NCBI GenBank assembly: GCA_903850735.1
Contig: CAINMN010000198.1
Coordinates: 1 to 58,682 of the forward strand
From: an uncultured Burkholderiales bacterium
Lineage (GTDB): Bacteria; Pseudomonadota; Gammaproteobacteria; Burkholderiales; Burkholderiaceae_C
DNA length: 58,682 nt
Direction: 5' to 3'
Shown: one piece after another, positions 9,681-19,228 of the stretch
Position numbering within the stretch: position 1 is the first letter of the stretch
How the letters are laid out: every line of letters begins with the position of its first letter
Translations under genes and position numbers: made by a program
The notes under the pieces: generated by a model
Database searches by the model: none
Told to the model about the DNA's origin: nothing
The model's input: the letters and a program-made list of their open reading frames with translations, nothing else

Positions 9681-10645
9681 TACAAATCCTTCATCAAGGC
9701 ACGGTGCGCGCCCATCAAAGCCGGGGGCGTCTCAGCGTGAATCACATACACAGGAATTTTTTTCAAATAATCAGAGAAGCGGCCCTTGCTTTCAAAGCGG
9801 GCCCTGAAACTGGACGTCGCCAGCCAATCGCGGTAGCGCGGGGCAATGCCGCCGCCAATGTAGATCCCGCCTCGGGCGCCCAAGGTCAGGGCCAGGTCAG
9901 AGGCCACTTGGCCCAACCAGCCGGCAAACAACTGGAAGGTCTGCAATGCTTGTGGCTGCTGGTGTTGGAAGGCCAGTTCCCCAATGTCTTGCGGCCGTTG
10001 CACGGTGGGCGCGAGTCCCGCCATGGCTGACAATGCCGCATGAAGGTTGACCAAGCCGGGGCCCGACAAAACGCGCTCCGCTGACACATGGCCCCACTTT
10101 TTTTGCAGGTGCTGCAAAACTTCCCACTCCATGGCGTTGGTCGCGACCAAGCTCACATGGCCGCCCTCACCGCTGATCGGATGCCAATGACCTGCATCGG
10201 CGATCAGACCAGAGACGCCCAAGCCAGAGCCAGGCCCGATCAAGCCCAGGTTTTGCATCGTCTGCGAGGGCGTTCCTCCCATCTGGAACAGTTCATCCGC
10301 TCGCAAGCCTGGCAGTGACCAAGCCAGGGCTTCGAAATCGTTCATCACCTTGAGCGCTTGCACGCCCAGGCTTTGTTTCATTTCCTGAATAGAAAAAGCC
10401 CACGACCGGTTGGTGAACGACACCTTGTCTCCGACCACAGGCGTTGCAACACCCAACGCCGCTTTCTGGGGCGCAGGCAGCGAAGCCTCCTTCAGGTACT
10501 GCTGCACTGCGCTCAACAAGCTCTGATGGTCATCGCACAACAGCGTTCGCACATGGCTCAGGGGTTGGTCTTTCGAAGACACCCAGGCAAAGCGCGCATG
10601 GGTGGCACCGATGTCACCCAGCAGCCATGGAAAAAGTGCCTCCAT
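9680..10645 (-). CDS. glk: Glucokinase
   Basis: GDIGATHARFA, NDFEA, GPGSGLG, GEGGH, SAERVLSGPGL, FESKGR. Confidence 0.95.
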   Translation of the reverse strand: MEALFPWLLGDIGATHARFAWVSSKDQPLSHVRTLLCDDHQSLLSAVQQYLKEASLPAPQKAALGVATPVVGDKVSFTNRSWAFSIQEMKQSLGVQALKVMNDFEALAWSLPGLRADELFQMGGTPSQTMQNLGLIGPGSGLGVSGLIADAGHWHPISGEGGHVSLVATNAMEWEVLQHLQKKWGHVSAERVLSGPGLVNLHAALSAMAGLAPTVQRPQDIGELAFQHQQPQALQTFQLFAGWLGQVASDLALTLGARGGIYIGGGIAPRYRDWLATSSFRARFESKGRFSDYLKKIPVYVIHAETPPALMGAHRALMKDL

Positions 10646-12390
10646 CAGTTGCGCGTCCAATGAATGTCGTCAACCCAGAATTTTTGCGTTGCACCCGCTG
10701 TGTTGCCCGTCTTGATGTAACGGTCTGCAATCACGAACAAAGTGCCCACGCTGGCCATGTTCAGCGTCACGGTGGACGGCTGGTTGTAGGCAGGCGCGGC
10801 CTTCGCAGCAATGGCGCTGATGGGGATGGACACCTGGGTCCATGTGCCGTCGTTCTTGTAGCCATATTGGCCAGGCTGAATCGGCAAATAAACATCGGAG
10901 GCCGTGTTGCGCGTCGGATCTCCGGTCAAGAAGCCGACTTCAATTTGTCCAGGATAGGTGGTCTTGACGCGGAACTTCAGGTAGCCCGATGTGAAATTGC
11001 TCAGGTTTTCGAATGAGCTGGCGCTGCCGTACGTCATGCCCCAGCCCCAGGCTTTGGGCGCAGGCGCGATCTCGATGCTCTTCGTGCCCTCCCCGAATTC
11101 TGCGGTGCTCTCGCCTGCATAGGCGGTGGCCCCTGCATCCTGCCAGCCATTCCAGGTCAGCGCACCGGCGGGGAATGCCTCACCCGCCACGGCCGTTTCG
11201 CTCAGCACAGTGAAACGGTTGGCCGTGATGGCCGATCCGGTTGACGGTGGCACGTAATAAACAGCGTCCGCATCAGAAAAGGAGGTTCCGTCGGTTGTGA
11301 GGCCTGCGATGGACTGCAGCGCGTAGCGCGCTTTGCGATCCACAGTGAACAAGCCCCATTTGTCATCGCTCCCCTTCCAAGGCTCGTCAAAAGCCTCAAA
11401 GTAAACGACGTTCAAAGGCCCGGTTGACAGCGTGCTCGCGGTCTTCCATGTTTTCAGGCGGTCCAGGAACATCTTCTGGTTCACGGGGTGTGCTCGGTAG
11501 TTCTCGCCGTTGGACGCCTCCGCTTTCCAGCCCGTCTCTCCCACAATGATGGGCATGACGGCAAAGCCGTTGTTGGACATGTAGGTACGCACCTTCGCAA
11601 AGTCTTGCTTGGTGGACTGGATGGCGGCATCCATCATTGCGGTTGCTCGGCTGGCGCTGGCCACCGATGTCTGCTGCCAATCCCAGTTGTTGAGGAAGAT
11701 GGAGTCTGCCAAAGCGTACGTGTGCATGGACACGAAGTCGATCACCTTCAAAATGTCCAGTGTCTTGTAACTGCCCGTGCTGTTGGCAAAGAATGCCCAG
11801 TTGTCGTCGGTGGTGACGGGTTGCGGCACCTGCGCGCGCACGGTCTTGATGTACGAGACCATGTCTGCCGGGGCGACGGGCGCCCAGGTGTTCCAGTCCA
11901 CCATGGTCTCGTTGCCAACGCTGACAGCCAGCACAATGTTGGCATAAACATTGGCCAAGGTGACGCCACGGGCAATTTCCTGCTGGTTGGCGGTGTCCGG
12001 GCTTGTCTTGGGTGACATCCACAGGCCCAACATCACTTTCATGTCCAGGTTTTGTTCCTGGATCACTTCGAGGACCTTCTTCGTGTCAGCATCCGCACTG
12101 CCGAACACCCGGATCAGTTTGTAGCCGGCAGCGATCAGAAGTTGGAGGTCTTGCTGAATATTGGCTTTGCTGACGGTTTCTGTATCGCGATTGCTGGATC
12201 GGTAAGGCGAGTAAGCAATGGCCTGGCGTTCTAAAAACGCCGTCGGGAGCGCACGCAGACTGCTGGCATCGATCGCGCCAGGCACCACGCCGCCGCCACA
12301 ACCTGAAACCAAGCTCAAAGACACTAGCAACAGGCCCAGCAGCCCGTACTTTCGCCACGCCGACAGCCAAGAAATCATTGATATCTTCAT
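10645..12390 (-). CDS. GH17 family beta-1,3-glucanase lipoprotein with a C-terminal CBM-like domain
   Basis: Lipobox LVSG-C; AIAYSPYR, VSVGNE, IVGETGWK, YFEAFDEPWK; C-terminal beta-sandwich-like segment (DGTWTQVSIP...FWVDDIHW). Confidence 0.85.
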   Translation of the reverse strand: MKISMISWLSAWRKYGLLGLLLVSLSLVSGCGGGVVPGAIDASSLRALPTAFLERQAIAYSPYRSSNRDTETVSKANIQQDLQLLIAAGYKLIRVFGSADADTKKVLEVIQEQNLDMKVMLGLWMSPKTSPDTANQQEIARGVTLANVYANIVLAVSVGNETMVDWNTWAPVAPADMVSYIKTVRAQVPQPVTTDDNWAFFANSTGSYKTLDILKVIDFVSMHTYALADSIFLNNWDWQQTSVASASRATAMMDAAIQSTKQDFAKVRTYMSNNGFAVMPIIVGETGWKAEASNGENYRAHPVNQKMFLDRLKTWKTASTLSTGPLNVVYFEAFDEPWKGSDDKWGLFTVDRKARYALQSIAGLTTDGTSFSDADAVYYVPPSTGSAITANRFTVLSETAVAGEAFPAGALTWNGWQDAGATAYAGESTAEFGEGTKSIEIAPAPKAWGWGMTYGSASSFENLSNFTSGYLKFRVKTTYPGQIEVGFLTGDPTRNTASDVYLPIQPGQYGYKNDGTWTQVSIPISAIAAKAAPAYNQPSTVTLNMASVGTLFVIADRYIKTGNTAGATQKFWVDDIHWTRN

Positions 12391-12407
12391 TTGTGCTCCT
12401 CGCGAAA

Positions 12408-13706
12408 TCAAAAGACGTACACAACGCCAACACCACCCCAATAACCGGTGCGTGTCACACGTGAATCCACATTGGTAAAAGCCGAGTTGCCAGGCATGGA
12501 CATTGGCGACAGGCCAAGCTTTTTGTATTCCACCATCCCGACATAGGAATAGACCGAGAAGCCAGGCTGAATGGCATAGCTGAGGCCAGCGGCTCTAATC
12601 CAGGCGGCATTGCTCTGTCCGCGCTCCGAGGGGTTGTCGGTGCTGGCGGAACCGAGATGAACCAGGCCCAGCGAGGCCGTCCACTCATCTATTCTGTAGC
12701 GGGCTCCGATGAGCAAGTCCCTGCTGCGAGCGGCATAGCCAGGATTGGTCACGCCATCCACCGTGGCGCCCCAATTGACATTGAACATGCTGTTCCACAG
12801 ATTTTGCCCATTGACCGAGGCCGTCACAATGGCCGGGGCGCCACTCCAACGATTGAATCGGATGCCGCCGCTGAGCTCCAACTGGTTGTCATATTGGTAT
12901 CTGCCCATCAGCATGGTGATGCCTTGGCTGGCCTCTTGCAGCTTGTCGTCGTCCGCCGCAGAAGTTGTCAAGCCAATGAACGGCCCGTGAGACCAGCTTT
13001 GGGGTTGGCCGTTGCGGGTGCGCTGGGCCACGAAATCCAGAACCCAGTCCCCCTTGACATACTGAGCGTAAAACTCTGTGAACTTGCCGCGGTGAATTTT
13101 GAATTGGGTGTCGCCCTGATCTCGGCTGACTTCCAGCACCAAGTCGCCGTCCAAGACGTCAAACTTGGGGCTGATGTAGCGAACGGCGTTTTGCAGCAAG
13201 CCATAACCCGCACCGCTCGAGCCCCAGACATCCGCCACATTCAAGTTGGTGCCATAGGGGTAGTCCGCCAAGCTCCAGCCACGCGTGGTCATCGCGCCGT
13301 AGCGCAAGCTGCCGTAAGCCTCGTGGCTGACCCCTATGTTTTTCTCGTACCAGAAGCCGGGAATGTCTTCCTTGCCATCGCGCCAGCGCTGGCTTAGCAA
13401 GGCTGAAAACCGCAAGCCATGACCCAAATCGTGCTTGAAGCCCAAAAAGGGTTGAAACAGCGTGACATGGGTGCCTGCCGGGCCGTAGGCCGCGCCCGGG
13501 ATCAGGGTGTCCGCCCAGCTTCGCTCCTTGCCTTCCGAAGGATAAAGCTGACAGTCGGCGCATTTGTTGTTGACTTTGCCGACTTCAGCTTTGGCAAAAC
13601 CGGTCAGCTGAAAGGGGCCCAGGTCAATGGCGCGGGCTGACACCCAAGCCCCGCTGAGCACGATCGCTGCAAGCAGCGTTTTGGCCAGATGAAATTTTTG
13701 ACTCAT
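12408..13706 (-). CDS. Outer-membrane porin-like beta-barrel
   Basis: Signal peptide (ARA-ID), YGSLRYG and NAVRYISP porin-like motifs, aromatic-rich strands, terminal GVGVVYVF. Confidence 0.8.
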   Translation of the reverse strand: MSQKFHLAKTLLAAIVLSGAWVSARAIDLGPFQLTGFAKAEVGKVNNKCADCQLYPSEGKERSWADTLIPGAAYGPAGTHVTLFQPFLGFKHDLGHGLRFSALLSQRWRDGKEDIPGFWYEKNIGVSHEAYGSLRYGAMTTRGWSLADYPYGTNLNVADVWGSSGAGYGLLQNAVRYISPKFDVLDGDLVLEVSRDQGDTQFKIHRGKFTEFYAQYVKGDWVLDFVAQRTRNGQPQSWSHGPFIGLTTSAADDDKLQEASQGITMLMGRYQYDNQLELSGGIRFNRWSGAPAIVTASVNGQNLWNSMFNVNWGATVDGVTNPGYAARSRDLLIGARYRIDEWTASLGLVHLGSASTDNPSERGQSNAAWIRAAGLSYAIQPGFSVYSYVGMVEYKKLGLSPMSMPGNSAFTNVDSRVTRTGYWGGVGVVYVF

Positions 13707-14785
13707 AGCGGTAACCTATTTTGAGAAGCATCGAACCAAACGGCGCGCTGTAGGTCTGGCAACAACCACAGGTTCTCGCCCTGATCAAAGTGCTGCGATG
13801 AGACGCTCAACTTCACGCAAGTCATGTCGCTGGCGCCTGCCAGTTGGACATGCAAATAAACGGCATCGCCCAGATGCTCGACCAGGGCCAATTTGCCAGG
13901 CAGGCCTTGCCCAGGCGGACCCAGCGCCCAATGCTCAGGCCGAACGCCGATCTTCACGGCGGCCGAAGCCAGTGACCAAGGCCACGGCTCAGAAAGTTGG
14001 CCATGCATGGGCTGCCCCTGAATGAGCAAAGCCTTGGCAACTGCATCCACCTTCACCGGCAAGAAATTGATGCGCGGCGTGCCCATGAAGCCGGCCACAA
14101 ATTCGTTTTTCGGCGCGTTGTACAACGTCAGGGGTTCGCCCACTTGCTCAATTTTTCCGCCATTGAAAAGGGCGATGCGTTGCCCCATGGTCATGGCCTC
14201 CACCTGATCGTGCGTGACGTAAATCATGGTGTTGTTCAAGGCCTGATGCAGGCGGGTGATTTCGATGCGCATTTGCACCCTCAGCGCAGCGTCCAGATTG
14301 GACAGGGGCTCGTCAAACAAGAAAAGCTGAGGGTTGCGGACAATCGCACGGCCGATGGCAACGCGCTGACGCTGCCCACCAGAGAGCTCTTTGGGCAAGC
14401 GCTCCAGCAAGTTTTCCAATTGCAAGGATTTGGCCGCTTGAAGAACTTGCTCTCTAATTTGCGGCTTGGACACACCAGCCATGCGCAAGGCAAAGCCCAT
14501 GTTGTCGGCCACCGTCATGTGGGGGTACAGCGCATAGTTTTGGAACACCATGGCCGTGCCGCGCTCCGCTGGCGGTTGGTCATGGATGGGCTGGCCGTCC
14601 AACAGAATCTGCCCTTCGCTCAAATCTTCCAGCCCCGCAATGATCCGAAGCAAGGTTGACTTGCCACAACCCGAGGGACCGACAAACACCAGGAATTCGC
14701 CATCGCGAATATCTAAATCCAACCCGTGTAAAACAGTTTGGTTGCCAAAGCGCTTGACCACGCCCTTGAGTGAAAGCTGCCCCAT
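13703..14785 (-). CDS. Sugar ABC transporter ATPase (MalK/UgpC type)
   Basis: GPSGCGKST, LSGGQRQR, DEPLSNLD, YVTHDQ. Confidence 0.96.
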   Translation of the reverse strand: MGQLSLKGVVKRFGNQTVLHGLDLDIRDGEFLVFVGPSGCGKSTLLRIIAGLEDLSEGQILLDGQPIHDQPPAERGTAMVFQNYALYPHMTVADNMGFALRMAGVSKPQIREQVLQAAKSLQLENLLERLPKELSGGQRQRVAIGRAIVRNPQLFLFDEPLSNLDAALRVQMRIEITRLHQALNNTMIYVTHDQVEAMTMGQRIALFNGGKIEQVGEPLTLYNAPKNEFVAGFMGTPRINFLPVKVDAVAKALLIQGQPMHGQLSEPWPWSLASAAVKIGVRPEHWALGPPGQGLPGKLALVEHLGDAVYLHVQLAGASDMTCVKLSVSSQHFDQGENLWLLPDLQRAVWFDASQNRLPL

Positions 14786-14788
14786 GGC

Positions 14789-16165
14789 TCAGCCGCCCCG
14801 CAAAAACTGGCCATACCAAATGGCACTTTGCTTGGGCGTACGCTTGAGTGTGTCGTAGTCAATGTGCACAATGCCAAAACGTTTGGCATAGCCACTCGCC
14901 CATTCAAAGTTGTCCAGCAAGCTCCAGACGAAATAGGCTTGCACATTCACACCCGCTTGTCGCGCGGCGGCCACCGCCTTGATGTGCGACCGAAGGTAAG
15001 CGACACGTTCCACATCATTGACCTGACCGCCGTCGACTTTGTCTTTGAAGGCGGCCCCGTTTTCCGTGATGAAGATGGGGGGCATGCGATAGTCCCCGTG
15101 CAAGCGCACCAACAACTCGGTCAAGCCCTGGGGGTAAATTTCCCACTCCATGTCGGTGATGGGCAGACCCAAGTCTTTGGCAGACCACGGCGTGCCCGCG
15201 CTGACAACGCTGCGGGTGTAATAGTTCACGCCCACAAAATCCAGGGGTTGCTGAATCGTTGCCATGTCCCCCGGGTTGACTGCCGGCACCTGTTCGCCAA
15301 GGTGTGCCCAAACGTCTTCGGGGTATTTCCCCAGCAACAATGCGTCCAGGTACCAACGCACCAGCATGCCGTCTTCAAGGTGCGTTTTTTGCTGGTCTTG
15401 TGGCGACTCTGTGGCTGCGTGAAAGGGCGAGAGGTTCAGCACAATGCCCAAGGGCGTGGTCAAGCCTTGCGCACGCAATGCCCTCACGGCTACGCCATGG
15501 CTGACCAACAAATGGTGGGCCACTTGCATGGCCACAGCACGGTCTTTCAAACCGGGAGCAAAGATGCCCGCGTCATGCCCGAGCATGGCAACCACCCAAG
15601 GCTCGTTGTGGGTGGCCAGTGAAGCGAGGCGATGGCCAAACCGCTTGCCCACCTCACAGGCGTAAGCACAAAAATGCTGGATGATGTCAGGGTTGTGCCA
15701 ACCACCCTTGTCTTGCAGCGCTTGAGGCAAATCCCAATGGTTCAAAGTGAGGTGTGCGTCAATGCCCCGCTCTGCCAGTCCGGTGAGCAACCGATCGTAA
15801 AAAGCGAATCCAGGTTCGTTCCAGTCGCCCTCGCCCTTGGGCTGAACGCGCGACCAAGCCATGGAAAAACGATAAGAAGTCACCCCCAGCTGCGTCAACA
15901 AGTCCAGGTCTTCTTCCATTCGGTGGTAGTGGTCACAGGCAACGCTGCCATCACTGCCATCGGCAATGTTGCCCGGTGTCGCGCAAAAGGTGTCCCATAC
16001 CGATGGGCCTCTGCCGTCTTCGCGCGAAGCCCCCTCGATCTGAAAAGAAGCCGTGGACACCCCCCACTTGAAGGTGCTGGGAAAAGAAGCGCGCTGCACG
16101 TCAGCGGCATCATCCAGCCCCATGGCATGGTCAGGATTCGATGGGTTCATAAGCGTTTTCAACAT
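14789..16165 (-). CDS. GH1 beta-glucosidase
   Basis: WGVSTASFQIEG, DHYHR, HWDLPQ, THNEP (acid/base), ITENG (nucleophile), DNFEW. Start is ATG 16165 or 16150. Confidence 0.95.
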   Translation of the reverse strand: MLKTLMNPSNPDHAMGLDDAADVQRASFPSTFKWGVSTASFQIEGASREDGRGPSVWDTFCATPGNIADGSDGSVACDHYHRMEEDLDLLTQLGVTSYRFSMAWSRVQPKGEGDWNEPGFAFYDRLLTGLAERGIDAHLTLNHWDLPQALQDKGGWHNPDIIQHFCAYACEVGKRFGHRLASLATHNEPWVVAMLGHDAGIFAPGLKDRAVAMQVAHHLLVSHGVAVRALRAQGLTTPLGIVLNLSPFHAATESPQDQQKTHLEDGMLVRWYLDALLLGKYPEDVWAHLGEQVPAVNPGDMATIQQPLDFVGVNYYTRSVVSAGTPWSAKDLGLPITDMEWEIYPQGLTELLVRLHGDYRMPPIFITENGAAFKDKVDGGQVNDVERVAYLRSHIKAVAAARQAGVNVQAYFVWSLLDNFEWASGYAKRFGIVHIDYDTLKRTPKQSAIWYGQFLRGG

Positions 16166-16197
16166 AACTTGTGGAAAGTGAAGACAACTGAAAAAAG

Positions 16198-17043
16198 TCA
16201 ACCTCTGACTGCGCCAGACACCAGGCCATCGATCAGACGGCGTGATGTCAGCGCAAACAGGACAAGAAGCGGCAGTGCCGCGATGGCGGAGCCTGCCATG
16301 ATGGCGCCCCATTCGGTGTTCACCGGGTTTTGCATGCTGCGCAAAGCCAAGGGCAAGGTGTACATCTCCAAGGAGCGCATGACCACCAGCGGAGAAATAA
16401 AGTTGTTCCAAGAGCTGATGAAAGAAATCAGCGCCAAGGTCCCCAGGGCCGGCCCAAGCAAGGGCAACACAATGCTCCAATAAATTCGGAACTCGCCACA
16501 GCCATCCATGCGTGCGGCCTCGATCAGCTCACGCGGCACCGATGACAAGACATATTGCCGAACCATGAAGATGCCGAACGCGCCTGCGGCACCCGGCAGG
16601 TAAAGCGCAATCGGGCGGTCAATCCAGCCCAGAAAATCCATCACCATGAAGTTGGGGATCATGCCCAGAAACGGCGGAATCAACATCGTCCCCATGACCA
16701 CGGTGAACAAGGGCTTCTTCAATGGAAACTCATAAATGGCAAAGGCGTAGCCCCCCATGGAACAAAAGAGCAAGGAGCACAAGGTAAAGGCAATCGCCAC
16801 ATAGAAACTCCAGCCCAAGTTGGTCCAGAACGGAATCCGTTGCAGCAAAATCGCCATGTTGCTCATGAAATCCGTCCCCGGCAACATGGGCGGCGGCACC
16901 TGGAAAATTTCCGCCCTGGGATGGCTTGCAAAAACAAACATCATGTAAAAAGGCGCCAGCATGATCAGGCCGCCCACAGCGACCAGCGCCCAAGCAGAGG
17001 CCCTCGTCATGGGTTGCAAGCCGCTTGCAGGCCTTGGATTCAT
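16198..17043 (-). CDS. Carbohydrate ABC permease
   Basis: EAA loop ELIEAARMDGC; six hydrophobic segments. Confidence 0.94.
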   Translation of the reverse strand: MNPRPASGLQPMTRASAWALVAVGGLIMLAPFYMMFVFASHPRAEIFQVPPPMLPGTDFMSNMAILLQRIPFWTNLGWSFYVAIAFTLCSLLFCSMGGYAFAIYEFPLKKPLFTVVMGTMLIPPFLGMIPNFMVMDFLGWIDRPIALYLPGAAGAFGIFMVRQYVLSSVPRELIEAARMDGCGEFRIYWSIVLPLLGPALGTLALISFISSWNNFISPLVVMRSLEMYTLPLALRSMQNPVNTEWGAIMAGSAIAALPLLVLFALTSRRLIDGLVSGAVRG

Positions 17044-17936
17044 GAGGCCTCCTTGTTGCCGCGAAACAGGCGGTGCGTTCCCCAGGTGAGCAATGCCACC
17101 ACCAGAAAGAGAGACCAGGAAATGGCACTGGCAGTGCCAAAATCACTGAATTCAAACGCTGTCCTGAACATGTAAATGGCGGTGGTCATGCCCGCTTGGT
17201 CAGAGCCCCCGCGCCCACCGGTCAGGACAAAGGGCTCTTCAAACAACTGCAAGCCGCCAATCACCGACAAGGTGACGGAGAAAAGCATCATCGGCTTGAG
17301 CAAAGGCAAGGTGATGAATAAAAACTGTTGTCGTGGCGAGGCCCCATCCAGCGTGGCAGCCTCGTAGGTCTCGCGCGGAATGGCTTGCAGGGCCGCCAGA
17401 TACAACACCGTGTTGAAGCCAACGTAGCGCCAAAAAACCATCAAGGCAATCGCGGGCTTGATGTTGTCGGGGTCGCCCAGCCAGTCAATGGCTTGAATGG
17501 GAAAGAAAAATTGAAGCGTGGTGTTGATGACGCCGTAGTCTGTGGAGAACAGCGCTGAAAACAAAATCGCCATGGCCACCGTGGAGGTGATGTAAGGCAT
17601 GAAATACACGCCGACCACGGCATTGCGCCAACGGCCCAAGCGCTTGTGGATGAAGCACGCCAGCGGAATGGCCACCAGGTGCTGTGGCAAGCCCGACACC
17701 ACCGCCAGCCAGAGCGTGTTGTAAAGGGATTTCCAGAACCAGTCGTCTTCCAGCAGAAAGGCAAAGTTTTTCAAGCCCACAAAGGTCATGGATGAAAGGC
17801 CTTGCACCGGATCCCATGATTGAAAGGCCAACACCAGAGAAAAACCCAGGGGAAACAAGCCAAACACGAAGAACAGCAGCATGAACGGCGCCAGAAAGAA
17901 GTACGGCGCCCAGCGCAGTTTGATCAAGGGCTTCAT
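17040..17936 (-). CDS. Carbohydrate ABC permease
   Basis: YEAATLDGAS EAA loop; FVGLKNF. Confidence 0.94.
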   Translation of the reverse strand: MKPLIKLRWAPYFFLAPFMLLFFVFGLFPLGFSLVLAFQSWDPVQGLSSMTFVGLKNFAFLLEDDWFWKSLYNTLWLAVVSGLPQHLVAIPLACFIHKRLGRWRNAVVGVYFMPYITSTVAMAILFSALFSTDYGVINTTLQFFFPIQAIDWLGDPDNIKPAIALMVFWRYVGFNTVLYLAALQAIPRETYEAATLDGASPRQQFLFITLPLLKPMMLFSVTLSVIGGLQLFEEPFVLTGGRGGSDQAGMTTAIYMFRTAFEFSDFGTASAISWSLFLVVALLTWGTHRLFRGNKEAS

Positions 17937-19213
17937 GCGCTGTGCCTCATGCGCTGACCCAGCATCCGTGCTGCATCGGCCAAAGCGCGTTGGGTGGGCT
18001 TCTTGCCAGACAGCACTTTGTCCAATTCTGTGTTGACGATTTCATCTGCCAGGGCATCCAGTTTGTGCAAAGGTACGGCAGGCGTCTTCACCGCCAGGTC
18101 ACGCCACAAGGCCCGGGCCGTTTGTCCGCCCAAAAACGTCACGGGTTGCTCAAGGTAACTGTCTCGGTGCGTCTCCAACAGGGCTGGAAAAGCGTCATGC
18201 GCCTTGAAAGCCGAGAGTTGGAGAGTAGGGCTCAATGTCATGAGGCGCACCAACTCCCAGGCGAGCGGTTTGTGAGCGGCCCGGCGGGGGATGGCATAAA
18301 AGGTCCCGCCCCATGGCGCATGCGCGGCATCGGGCAAGGCGCTGGTGCGCCACAAGCCACGGGTTTGGGGCGCAAGCCAGTTCGCCAAGTGGCCCGCGAA
18401 CCAGGAGCCCATCATGTGAGTGGCCACCGTACCGCGTTTGAACGACTCCGCCCATTCGGCCGACCAGGCCTGTACACGCGCATCCAGGCGCTGCTCACGC
18501 ACGGTTCTGGCCAGATCGAAGGCACGCACAAACCGCTTGGACTCGACCAAGACTTCTTTGCGTTCGTTGAAGTAAATGCCCTCGCCCGGCTGCAAATTCG
18601 ATCGGATGATGATGTCTTTCAAGTCCCTGGCGTGGGTCACCAAGTAAGCGCCTGTGCGCTTTTGAATGTCCAGGCCCGTCGCAACGAAGGACTCCCACGA
18701 TTGGCCCAGCAGTCGCGGCGCCACACCCGCTTGGGCCAGCAAGTCTTGCCGATAAAACAGAGCCCCCACGCCAATGTCAGTGGGTATGGCCACCACCTTG
18801 CCTTGGGCATCGCGGTTTTGCTGGAAGGTGAAGGGCACGAACAGTTTTTCGTACTGCAAAGCGTCAAAGGGCGGCTTGGACAAATCCTCCAGCGCACCGC
18901 TGATGGCAAACCGCCCCAAAAATCCGGACTCCAAGGCCATGACGTCGGGCAGTTTGCTGCCCGTGGCAATGGCGGTGGTCATGGCCGTGTGGTGGTCGGC
19001 AAACTCACGGCCCACCACTTCGACGCGCACCTGGGGATACTTCTTTTCAAACTCAGGCAGCGCGGCTTTGAGGATTTGATCGACGGCCGGAAAAGCTGCC
19101 ACCGACAGCGTCGTGGCAGCAGGTTCAGCCCATGCAGGGGTGCCGCCCCCCACGACCAGCGCTGAAAGCGCTTTCAACGTTGTCCGCCTGGAGGGTGGGG
19201 CAAGAAAGTCCAT
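17933..19213 (-). CDS. Oligosaccharide ABC substrate-binding protein with Tat-like signal
   Basis: SRRTTLK twin-arginine motif; PDVMALE, LFYRQDLL, WGGTFYAIP. Confidence 0.9.
   Translation of the reverse strand: MDFLAPPSRRTTLKALSALVVGGGTPAWAEPAATTLSVAAFPAVDQILKAALPEFEKKYPQVRVEVVGREFADHHTAMTTAIATGSKLPDVMALESGFLGRFAISGALEDLSKPPFDALQYEKLFVPFTFQQNRDAQGKVVAIPTDIGVGALFYRQDLLAQAGVAPRLLGQSWESFVATGLDIQKRTGAYLVTHARDLKDIIIRSNLQPGEGIYFNERKEVLVESKRFVRAFDLARTVREQRLDARVQAWSAEWAESFKRGTVATHMMGSWFAGHLANWLAPQTRGLWRTSALPDAAHAPWGGTFYAIPRRAAHKPLAWELVRLMTLSPTLQLSAFKAHDAFPALLETHRDSYLEQPVTFLGGQTARALWRDLAVKTPAVPLHKLDALADEIVNTELDKVLSGKKPTQRALADAARMLGQRMRHSA
19163..19176. promoter_or_regulatory. LacI-type operator inside the substrate-binding protein gene
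   Basis: Perfect palindrome TGAAAGCGCTTTCA, identical to the intergenic copies at 22242 and 24643. Confidence 0.7.
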
Positions 19214-19228
19214 TTTTGTGATTCCGCT

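Noticed and set aside
14789-16480. ORF-track N-terminal extensions (GH1 to 16480; likewise xdhC to 5050, rph to 30320, P450 to 52513, AraC from 52839)
   Set aside because: The extensions overlap neighbouring genes and lack family similarity; downstream ATGs fit the RBS and operon packing.
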